Positions 1-10,726 of a stretch of DNA of 64,000 nt are shown one piece after another (the stretch's first letter is position 1; every line of letters begins with the position of its first letter). The position numbers were made by a program, and so were the translations under genes. A model generated the notes under the pieces. The model was not told where the DNA came from. It ran no database searches and was given only the letters and a program-made list of their open reading frames with translations. Source of the DNA: Octopus sinensis (Eukaryota); contig NC_042999.1 of assembly GCF_006345805.1 (NCBI RefSeq), positions 138,012,001 to 138,076,000 on the forward strand. Reading direction: 5' to 3'.

Positions 1-54
1 TAAAGCGATTTGCAGCAAGTTCACTTCATTGACAGAAAAATGAAACTTGCACTT

Positions 55-97
55 GCTTTCTGATGAGTGGTCAATAACCCATGAGACATGTCATGGC
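55..97 (+). ncRNA. Degenerate minimal type I hammerhead ribozyme motif (Penelope-like terminal repeat relic)
   Basis: CTGATGA at 60-66, stem II GTGG/CCAT (67-70/79-82), GAGA in place of GAAA (83-86), palindromic ACATGT then C giving a GUC triplet (90-92). Stem I is imperfect and the core is mutated. Confidence 0.4.
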
Positions 98-546
98 TGC
101 CACCTTTATTTTTCTCTATAGAAAAAAATAACATAATGTATACACATCTACTTAAATATCTGTAGCGAAAGGTTAAAAAAACGTTGTTTAACCATTTTAA
201 AGATATTTTAGGTTTTCTAGTATTCGCTGTGTTTTTTTTATATTAATTACTTAAATAGACCGTCGACAACTGCACGGAATGCAAATTAGACTAACCATTA
301 CAGCAACGACCTAGCTTGTATTTGATTTAATTAGCGAATTGCTATAAATTCTGTTCGTGGATAAAAGAATGATGGGTAGTACTTGTATTCTGATTAGTAG
401 CCAACGAACCATAAAACGTCAGGAGAATCTGTTTTCATTTTTCTGTGTTTCAAAAGAATAAAAATATATTCGCATTCCTTTAAAGTTCCATAGCGAACTG
501 TAGCATAATTATTATATGCTTGTTTCTCTCTTTTCTCTCCTGCGCA

Positions 547-583
<37 letters not shown>

Positions 584-590
<7 letters not shown>

Positions 591-1082
591 CAGGCCTCGA
601 CTATTGGGGTCGACTAGAAAAGCTAAAACTTTATTCTCTCCAACGTCGCCGTGAGCGCTACATCATCTGCATGATGTGGAAAATATTCCATCAGCATTGG
701 CCAAATGATGTTGGCATCACCTTTAAGGTACATCCAAGGCTTGGGCCCCGTGCCATCCGCCCACAACAAAAATCGCACTCTCATCTCATAACAACAATAC
801 GGCACAATTATTTCACCTCAATTGGCCCCGCTCTCTTTAACATTACACCAAAACACATTAAAACAGAAACAGACCCTATAGGGTTCAAGAAGTCTTTGGA
901 CAGATTCCTTCAAGAAATCCCGGATAAACCTCCTACACCTGGATATGTCTCTGTAAACAATAACTCTCTACTTGAGTGGGCCATAGTGCCCAAATTCTGA
1001 CTTGAAAGACTTCACCAGGTGGTGCTATTAAGTTAGACATGGCCTGGGCCAATAATGGCCGAAACCTATCAAAGTATCAAAG
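584..1082 (+). mobile_element. 5'-truncated CR1/L2-type LINE 3' end (ORF2 C-terminus plus 3' UTR), flanked by (TA)n
   Basis: ORF 587-1000 contains YWGRLEKLKLYSLQRRRERY and FKKSLDRFLQEIPDKP, typical of the CR1/L2-group ORF2 C-terminus. The 3' UTR ends in a TATCAAAG repeat. (TA)n lies at 550-583 and from 1083. Confidence 0.85.
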
Positions 1083-1109
1083 TATATATATATATATATA
1101 TATATTTAT

Positions 1110-1880
1110 TTTTATTTTAACATTTTTTAAATCTAGTTTCAGCTCACTAGCTGTGGCCATGCTGGGGCACCGCCATTTGGTGTTGCTACATGATTTTACT
1201 TCACGAATGCTTTTTAGCAATTGCCATTTGGTGCATGAGAGATTTCGATGCAGCTGCCCTTATCTGCACCTCCTGCTGTGAAGTTGGTTCACCTGGGATA
1301 CCTGACAAGAAGAGATCCAGTTTCATTTTAAAGACATCTGCATCCACCCCATGCAGGTCTCTTAGGTTCTTCGGGAGGATATTGAAGAGCTGTGGGCCTC
1401 GGAAGCCCAGGCTATCACAGTATCTTGTCCTACATCTTGATGGCAAATTTGGAGTCCTTGGCACTATGCAGTGGCACCCAGTTCTGGCATTTGTGTAACT
1501 CTCGATGCCAAAGTTTGGGACAAGTCCTTCTAGAATCTTCCAGATGCATATTATGGCATATCTTTCTCGCCTACGCTCTAAGGAATAGAGTCTCAATCTC
1601 TTGAGTCTTTCCCAATAGCTTATATGCTGCACAGAGGCTGTCTTCGTGTAGCTTCGTTGGATCGCCTCAAGTTCTGTGATTAACTTGACACTGGATGAGA
1701 GCAATAGTCAAAGTGGCTTAGGACAAGTGCCCTCCAGAGGACCATCATGGTTTCCTGGTCTCTTGTTCTGAAGGTTCAGCCGCCTACATTTCATTGCCAA
1801 TTTAGCAACATGCACATGAAAGGTTGCATCATCACTCATGTAAATACCCAGGTCTCGCACTGATTGTGCCTCTGGGATTG
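1110..1880 (-). mobile_element. 5'-truncated CR1/L2-type LINE 3' fragment (different subfamily from 584-1082)
   Basis: The minus strand reads IPEAQSVRDLGIYMSDD and then YWERLKRLRLYSLERRRERY...FKMKLDLFLSGIPGEP (ORF 1201-1704). The 3' UTR carries GGCGGTGCCCCAGCATGGCCACAGCTAGTGAGCTGAAAC. Confidence 0.85.
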
Positions 1881-2510
1881 CTCCTCATCTGGCTTCCAGC
1901 TGAACTCCTCTTTCTTGCTCCAAGACCAACAAGAGGCTCTTTCAGCTGCTTTTCCATCCGGTGCACAGCCAACCTTCACTTCTTTCCTCGCATTGCAATG
2001 GCTGTAAGCACCCTCCATGCCGACTGTGTAGGGAATCCCCTACAGCCAACCTCGACTGGGAAAAGCTATACCTGCCATCCTGCAGAAGGCTCTCATATTT
2101 GGCACACTTCCGTTCATGGACCTCATCATTCCCCTCTTCCCACGGGATTTTAATTAAGATAGTTTTCTTGGTCTTTTCAGATCACAGGACCACATATGGC
2201 CTCAGGGTTGTATGGATGACCTGGGGAAACTGCAGTCTCTCCGCTAGATCCACTTTCATATCCCATGGGTGAGATCCATGCAGCAAGCTATGTATTGTTT
2301 TTGCTGACTTTACTGGTCTCTCCCCAACTTTCACGAACTTAATTGTTGTTGCTGCCTTCCGGTGATGATGTTCCTTGCGCCTTTCTTGCTTTAGGGTGTG
2401 AGTAAGTGTTGCAAGTCCCCTATCATGGCACCACTTATATCTGCTTTGAGAAGGTGCTATTCTGCACCCTGGTGCCAGAGTGCCCCTTTCTCTACAGAAT
2501 CAATATAGTT
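1880..2510 (-). mobile_element. HERO-clade non-LTR retrotransposon 3' fragment (CCHC finger remnant plus restriction-like endonuclease), decayed
   Basis: With frameshifts the minus strand reads CRERGTLAPGC..SQSRYKWCHD, WDMKVDLAERLQFPQVIHTTLRP, IPWEEGNDEVHERKCAKYESLL, VEVGCRGFPTQSAWRVLTAI and KAAERASCWSWSKKEEFSW. This matches HERO RLE motifs as recalled; no search was run. Confidence 0.75.
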
Positions 2511-2607
2511 ATTTTGAGGAAAACAGACACCTCTTAAAATGGAATGTAAACACCTAAGTTTCACCGGTTTAATTTTATATATCTATGAAATGTTCAGGAG
2601 ACTTAAT

Positions 2608-2859
<252 letters not shown>

Positions 2860-2860
<1 letters not shown>

Positions 2861-3880
2861 AATAATGAAAATAATGTATTAAGTACTCATTTGACAGCAT
2901 GTCCGTCTTTTGATTACAGTCAATACAATAAAGAATGGTTTCTTTTATTTCACATTGGCCTGTAACTTTATCAAGATAAATATATCGCAACATCAATGCA
3001 GTTTGTTCTAGATGTGGCGAATCAAAACATGCACCCAGAATTATGCTCTAATATCTTGCATACTCACAGTCTGTTACAATAACGTTTCCAACTTAATCGG
3101 CAAAACAATTAAGGAACTCATTTTGACTACCAGATGATAAATAATGAGCTTGCAAGGGTTCCTTTATAACTTGTGGTCTTACTTTTGTTTAAACACTTAT
3201 TCATAACGCTAGTGTAACGAAATTACCAAGAAATTACCTTCGGATCACTGACAAAGTAGTTTTTGCCCCCAAACGCCAGTTCTTACACTTCAAAAATGTA
3301 ACATCCAGTGTACATTGTAAATTTTTTTCAAAGATTTACTCTATTCTCCAACACCTTAGAACAAAAACATAATAAGACAATTTATGTAATAATCACCAGT
3401 TTGTAGTCGACATGGAAATAAGAAAACACTATTTTGCATTTGCTACAAAATCATCAGTCACACAAATGTTCTCCACCATCTTTCTTTACGTATCATTAAA
3501 ATCATAGGAAATGTACGGTCCAAATGATCCTTGGGAAATTCGTTTAAAAATGTTTGCGTCCTCGTTTTGAAGCTTCATTAACCTCAGCAGTGGTAGGTAC
3601 CGCTTTTTCTTATATTCCAATGATCTTATATGATCTGATGTAACAGAAAAAGAGGGTTTACTTGTCATCTGAGCTGTCTTCATTAATCACAGTTAATTGA
3701 ATAATGTATGTTTCTGTCATTATAGAATTGTAGAGGTATGTATTGTAATTTCGTCAACATTAGTAATCGATACGGAATTACTTCACCTGAAAAAAGCAAG
3801 ACAGTGTGTTGTTCGTTAGATGAATTTTGATCTCCCTCATAACAAGAATTAAATAAATGAACAAATATTTCATTGACAAT
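2860..3880 (-). mobile_element. Fossil hAT-superfamily (ZMYM1-like) transposase
   Basis: Frameshifted minus-strand peptides DP..GNFLVI, PLQAHYLSSGSQNEFLNC and CFDSPHLEQTALMLRYIYLDKVTGQCEIKETIL resemble conserved hAT transposase blocks (GNFL, YLS..SQNEF, D.S..EQ...LRY). Multiple stops. Confidence 0.65.
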
Positions 3881-4714
3881 TATCATAATTTTAATTCAGA
3901 TGACTTTTAATAATTCACTCATTATATAATGTTGTTTTCATTCATTTGCTTATCATAATTATACACGAGAATGGGCTGTGTCTTATAATTGTATACAGTA
4001 CTAATATAATAATTATAATATCATAGAACTCGTTGAATACGGAAAGTTGTTAAGTATATTACAGTACTTACTTTCATCCCTACCCAGACAACTATACATA
4101 CTGCTAATAATACAAAATTGTGTTTTCTGTTATTTTTCGAATAGTAACGGGCACCTGGTAAATACCATGGCTACAAATCGGAGTTGATTGTTGCAAATAT
4201 TTAGATCATGCCTCCAGTTTGAGGATAGAATAAATTTATGCGCTGTCACTGACTGCATCAATCTATGAACTATGGTTTCTTACTTTCTGTCTTCCTCCAT
4301 TTATATAGCGAAAGTCTTGCAAATGTGACTTCTGCCTTTCACTCCTGATTAAGCCATTAAAAGGTTGTCACTTGAGAATACGTTGTCTGAGGAAGATAAA
4401 CTCTCCCAATCGTCTTTGTCTTGGCATTGGATCTCAGCAGTGGTTATAAATATGGAGGCTTACGTGCAACAGTCTGTTCTATGTTAAATACATTAAAGAA
4501 AGGGAATCCACTCCAGTGAACGGATATCTTTCTCAACTTCGAGAGATACCTATCAAATCTAGCTAATTTATAACCGTAGTCATACGAGCCCATTGTTATG
4601 TCTTCTAGAAATATCAGCCACATGTTCTGTGAATCACATGTTGTTAAATACAGGGAGGACACATTCGAGAATGTAGATCTAAATATCCATAAAAAGCAGT
4701 ATGGCTATGGCTAG

Positions 4715-5010
4715 GATACCTTTGCTCACATATCTGCTCGGTCAGAGATGACTTTTATCCCTATATTTCAATGCCTTCATGCAACAGAGCAACGAATTAC
4801 TATGAGTCTTGTATTTAGCCCAAATTAACCTTGATGATACAGAACTATTATCAAAGGTATTCTATCCATGGCTATCGCACCTCATTTCCAAGGATAGTGT
4901 ACCGAGGGCATTTTTCAAGATAGTAGGGGATAACTTAAGGGAGATTTGGCTACTATTTCTAGCTATTTACAGCAACCACTTAGAGGTGCTATCGTTGGCT
5001 CGTTGAGCAG
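4715..5010 (+). repeat. Unclassified interspersed repeat family (core GATTTGGCTGCTATTTCTA). Related copies at about 19580-19770, 23825-24005, 24965-25165, 37300-37370, 43850-44020 and 50830-50965
   Basis: The shared motif AGGGAGATTTGGCT(G/A)CTATTTCTAGC recurs on both strands at these loci. Confidence 0.6.
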
Positions 5011-5744
5011 CAAGTTAACTGCTCAAATAGGAGAGTGCAGGGATGAATATGCCATGCAGTATGTAGTGACGTCTTTTTAAGATCTGAGTTATATTAATCG
5101 GTGGTCGATTCCGTAAACACTACTCTAGTATAGAGATTGATTTAATAGACTATTCAGTTCTTTCAAATGTATGACCGTGTACGTAAGTTAGTATTTAGTT
5201 CCGTATCAACAGGTCTTGAGTTGAAGTCCCGTCAAGGCTAACATTGCCTTTCCGAAGGTAGATTTGTTTACTAGAATTATTGGATCACAACTGAGTTGTA
5301 AATGAAGATTACGTGAGCACTTGAGATTTGCTTGTATTCAATTTCAAATTATTTTCTACAAGTAATATACCGTGTTTGATGGCGTATAAAATGCAATTTT
5401 TATCAAAAAAATGTTTTAAAAAATTCATCCGGGTCCTATATGCGAAGTTGGGCCTATATTAATATACTTTAATGCACTAAAAATGAGCATCGAAGGATGA
5501 TAGGGACGTCTGGCCCAGAGTTGCAATATCTGATTCAACAAAGCTCGTGTGGTTGAGCAGGAGTTTTGTCACCTACGCAGTTGGGTGGTCCCGAGCAGCT
5601 CTGGTGTTGCGGTGAAAAGGGAAGAAACACCCACAGAGCTGCTTCACCGGCTGGTAAGATATCGACTCCTGCATTCAGAGACAGAGTAGAGCAGCGCCTT
5701 CAGCACACTAGTGTTTACTCGAAAAAAATATTGGTTTCAAATTT

Positions 5745-5937
5745 TGGCACAAGGCCAGAAATTTCAGGGAAAGGGGAAAGTCGATTACATCGACTCTAGT
5801 GAATATGCCATGATACTTATTTGATCGACCTCGAAAGGATAAAAGGTAAAGGCGACCTCGGTGGCATTTGAACTCAGAATGTGAAGACGGACGAAAAGCC
5901 CAAAGTGCTAATGATTTTGTCAGTCCTCCGCTTTCGC
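5745..5937 (-). mobile_element. SINE family B copy (tRNA-related head AAGGCGGCGAGCTGGCAGAA; central CTTTCATCCTTTCGGGGTCGAT..AAGTACCAG domain)
   Basis: Reverse complement of the family B sequence seen many times in the window. Confidence 0.75.
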
Positions 5938-6501
5938 TTACCCTAAAAAATTGAATCTATTTCAAGTGTCGCATACATCACAGTAATGGCGGTATATCAT
6001 TCTGAAGTTTATTGAAGCTGGACTTTTATCTTCTTGATGTTTAGTCTCGTATCAACTCTCACTGAGATTCACTGGTAACCATCCCAAATTTTCGTATATT
6101 CTCATTGATCTTGATAAATTTCTTTATTTAAGACAGTAAGATGGGATTTAGTGGCAATAACAAACAGATTGGCTGACCGTGTAGTTAGTTGTGTAATTGG
6201 CTCGTTCTTTTCGTATGTAGGAATCCAATTCTTCTTTCTGTCACTAAGTGGAGGTAAGAGGAACATTGCCAGACATGTATTGCTGATGTACAAGTTTCAG
6301 ACGTTTTAGTAATACTTCCAAGAAGTTGGGCGGGTTATCAGTGGAGTCTACGTGGGAAGTTGGCCATTCCATTCATGCTTAGCACGGACAGATGACTGTG
6401 TATTTAGATACCCAAACTTAAAAGATAATACTCGCACACATGAACAAACAAACGCACGCACACATACACATGCATACACATACGTATACAAACACGTACA
6501 C

Positions 6502-6560
<59 letters not shown>

Positions 6561-6945
6561 CTCTCTCTCAACTCTTTATATACACCTATCTCTTTCTTGC
6601 TCTCTTTCCTTCCCTCTCTTTCCCCCCTCTCTCTCTCTCTCCCTCTCGCTTACTTTCTTTCTCACACAAGCACAAACATATACAGACTGGCATATACAGA
6701 CAGAAATGAATTTTTCTTATTTGGGAGGATGAGTCATTAAGGAAACAAGAAGGGAAAGAGAGGAAAAGTTATAAAATCAAAAGAAAGAAGAATGCGAGGC
6801 GATGTGGTGAGAGACTGAATCAGAGAGAGAGAAAGAGAGAGAGAGAGAGAAAGAGAGAGAGCGAGAGAGAGAGAGAGAAAGAGAAAGAGAGAGACGCTAG
6901 TTAAAAGTTAAAGACCGTGGGTGTATACTCAGCATATTCACCTAC

Positions 6946-6985
<40 letters not shown>

Positions 6986-7004
6986 TGTGTGTGTGTGTGT
7001 GTTC

Positions 7005-7181
7005 TGAAAGGGAATCGCCTTGTGGTAAAATTTGAAGGAGCCGCCGATGGGCGAAATTCTCAGTTACAGTATTTTATTGATACAAACTTATATAAGAAAA
7101 ACCATAAGCAACCTTATGTGTCTTTCCTTTGCTTATAATCTAAGATAGTCCTTTCGCCTGATCAAAGACACTGTATGTACA
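7005..7181 (+). promoter_or_regulatory. Candidate TATA promoter, short first exon and splice donor; paralogous to 63168-63339
   Basis: TATATAAG at 7089-7096 and GTATGT at 7173-7178. Near-identical to 63168-63339, with similarity ending just past the donor-like site. The duplication is certain; the function is inferred. Confidence 0.4.
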
Positions 7182-7327
7182 CGGTAAAATCCGTATAATA
7201 AGCATTTTTATTCAGAGATAAAATTTCGGTAAACCATCATGTAAGCTGGACTAATATATCAGTGAGAGGCACGTAATCCACCACTTAACCATATACTCAT
7301 ACTCTCGACTTTGAATAATGCACTCCC

Positions 7328-7528
<201 letters not shown>

Positions 7529-7530
7529 TG

Positions 7531-8345
7531 TGAAGGCGGCGAGCTGGCAGAATCGTTAGCACACCGGGCGAAATGCATAGCGGTGTTTCGTCTGTCAATA
7601 CGTTGTTAGTTTAAATTTCGCCGAGGTCGACTTTGCCTTTCATCCTTTCGGGGTCGATTAAATAAGTACCTGTTACGCACTGTGGTCGATATAATCGAAT
7701 TAATCCGTTTGTCTGTCCTTGTTTGTCCTCTCTGTGTTTAGCCCCTTGTGGGTAGTAAAGAAATAGGTAGGTCGTCTGTGAATACGTTCTGAGATCAAAC
7801 TCTGCCGAGGTCGACTTTACCTTTCATCCTTTCGGGGTCGATAAATTAAGTACCAGTTGAGTACTGTAGTCGATGTAATCGACTTGTCACCTCTCCACAA
7901 ATTTGAGGCTTTTTGCCTACAGTAGACAGGATTACTATTATTATATGTCGCATAAAGATGGTGAGCTGGCAGAAACGTTAGCATGCCGGGGGAAATGCTT
8001 AGCAGTATTTCGTCTGTCTTTACGTTCTGAGTTCAAATTCCACCGAAGTCGACTTTACCATTCATCCTTTCGGGGTCAATAAATTAAGTACCAGTTGCGT
8101 CCTGGAGACCCCTCCCCACCAAATTTCGGGCCTTTTGCCTAGAGTAGAAAAGAATCATTAGTACGCCAGGCAAAATAGCAGCATTTCGTCCGTCTTTACG
8201 TTCTGAGTTCAAATTCTGCTTAGGTCAACTTTGCATTTTATTTTTTCGGGGCCGATGAAATAAGTGCCAGTCAAGTATTACGGTCGACACAATCAACTCT
8301 TCCTCCCACCCTCAGAACTACTGGTCTTGTACCAAAATTTGAAAC
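7531..8345 (+). mobile_element. Tandem cluster of SINE family B copies and monomers
   Basis: About four repeats of GTTCTGAGTTCAAATTC...GTCGACTTT..CTTTCATCCTTTCGGGGTCGAT. Confidence 0.85.
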
Positions 8346-9458
8346 CTTTATTAGATGTCGCCAAAAAATTCTGGAAGTGTTTAAATGTTTCGAAAATAGC
8401 CTGGCAAGGAAAAGTTAGGGGGAACATATTTAATTTATTTTATGTTGCAAGTTGGGAACAATAGTGGGGTGTTCATTGAACCAAAAACTGCATTTTTGTC
8501 GGCGAGTTATAAGGGAGCGTCTGACTTGATACTGAACAAATATCTCAAGAAACAAGTTCGAAAAGTACCAATAGTTCTTTTTTTGCAAGAGTTTATTAAT
8601 TTTGCGAAAGACATGCACAAACACACACATATACACTTGTACACACACATATTCACATATGCACACGCACACATCTGCACACACTTCACACACACATATA
8701 CACGAAGTCGGCGGTGTATTAGGTCTATGAACTTACACGAAAGATTGCCGAAAAGCTTGTATTTACAACTATTCTGAGACTCTTTCCACATTGATTTCCA
8801 ATACAATGCATTAAGGAGAAAGAGTAAGATTATTTCTTTATCTTTAAGTGAATTTCTATAGTTTTTTTTTTAGAGTCATTACTATTTCAACAGACAACTT
8901 AATTTATTTTATAAGTATTTTACTTAAAACTTACAATCCCATCATACCACTTGAATTTAGTGGTATCTTTACACTCTGCACCTGGGAGCACTCCGTAATG
9001 CTCTTGTTAAGCTCTTATTAAAAATAGAAAATATGTATTTTATTTTACGATTCAAAGCATGTCATGTAAATTTTTACATATACGAAACAATATCTTTTCT
9101 CGGTGAAAGAGATAAAAAGCGTAGGTTTTAAAATGTTTTCTTATGGAGTGCATCAACTCGTCTCTTTCAAGTGTCCTTCATGAAAGAGTTTTAGTGAGTT
9201 ATTCTCAACGTCTACTCAATTTTATTCATATTACATGGGCCGACATGAGGCTACAGGAAAGAACACTTGCTCAAGATACGACGCAATGGCATTGAAATAG
9301 GGACTTCGTGACTACAATGTAACATTCTTAACCATTCGGCCAAACTGCGCCTACATAACGAATTTGTTTGTTTGTTTGTGTGTGTGTATGTGTGTATATG
9401 TGTGTGTGTGTGTGGTGTGTGTGTGTGTGTGTGTGTGTGTGTTGTGTGTGTGTGTGTA

Positions 9459-9494
<36 letters not shown>

Positions 9495-9495
<1 letters not shown>

Positions 9496-10250
9496 TTCAC
9501 CTTAACCCCTCCAGGAGAAAGCGCTACTGCAAAGTTCACACTGCTCTTCTCATTAAATGTTAAAAGTAGGCAAGATTTTCCTTAGCTTTGTAGACAAGCA
9601 CTCCCCGTACAAATAGGTTCAGCAAAATATTTAAAAGGTACACCTTGAGAATTTCTTTTAGCTGTGTAACCAATGTAAACAAGATTTTAGTAGGTAGACC
9701 CACACCTAAGTCAGAGGCAGGATGCACATGTAGAGGTAACACATGTCCACTGAACGGCTACTGTAACACGAGGCAGAGGTAACACCAATAGGACCAAATG
9801 GGCAGCCAAACGTGCGAAAGTACGAGGGAACAACTGAAGACTCCTTCAGAACTCGCTATGACAACCACAAGCACTCCTTCAACATCCCGGAGAGACGTAA
9901 CGCCACAACTCTGGCCAAGCACGTATGATTATTGAAGACAGCGCTATCAACTACAGCATAAAGTGGAAGATACTAGAGAATGTAAAGCGTACTTCAATAG
10001 CAGCGAGAAGTGCAGATTATACTAGCCGAGAGAAGAGCGATTTTAAAGAGCACCCAGCACAAAGGCATTTACTTGAATAGCAGAAGTGAGAGTTTTAATC
10101 CTTGCCTACATGAAAGGAAGTACATCCTATCATACCTGCGTGGGCCATCATGACTATAATCACCAGTCGCCCAACTTTGTCCCTCCACCAAAACCTTGCA
10201 GTCCGGCAAAGTGTTTGACCAGAACATACACTAACACACTCACAAACAAA
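9495..10250 (+). mobile_element. Penelope-like element 3' fragment (GIY-YIG endonuclease with CxC..CPL..C linker), copy 1
   Basis: With frameshifts the translation gives VDKHFP, GCTCRGNTCPLNGYC, KYEGTTEDSFRTRYDNHKHSFN and LNSRSESFNPCLHERKYIL. Confidence 0.8.
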
Positions 10251-10278
10251 ACACACACACATCATGTTTACATATACA

Positions 10279-10437
10279 CACGACAGGTTTCTTTCAGTTT
10301 CCGTCTGCCAAGTCCACTCACAAGGCTTGCTTAGCCCCAGGCAATACAACAGTAGAAAGCATTTTCCCAAAGTGCCAGGCAGGGGGACTGAACCATGTTT
10401 TAGGGAACCAAACCTTGTACCACACAGCCACATCTGC
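10279..10437 (-). mobile_element. SINE family A 5' half (head GGCGCAGGAGTGGCTGTGTGGTAAG; CTTGGGCAAGTG core)
   Basis: Reverse complement of the family A 5' region. Confidence 0.75.
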
Positions 10438-10449
10438 GTGTAATAGTAA

Positions 10450-10635
10450 TAATAATCCTTTCTACTAAAGTCACGTGGCCTGAAATTTTACAAGAGGGAA
10501 CTAGTCGATTATATCAATCCCAGTGTTTCATTGGTACTTAATTTATCGACTCCGAAAGGATGAAAGGCAAAGTCGACCTTGTGGAACTTTTGCTTAGAAC
10601 GTAGATATGGGCGAAATACCGCTAAGCATTTTGCC
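10450..10635 (-). mobile_element. SINE family B copy
   Basis: GAAAGGATGAAAGGCAAAGTCGACCT (reverse complement of the family core). Confidence 0.75.
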
Positions 10636-10680
10636 CACACACACACACACACACACACATACACGCACACACATGAATAT

Positions 10681-10726
<46 letters not shown>

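Noticed and set aside
3486-3683. ORF with plausible splice signals, first read as a host exon
   Set aside because: It lies collinear within the decayed hAT transposase region and adjacent frames are full of stops.
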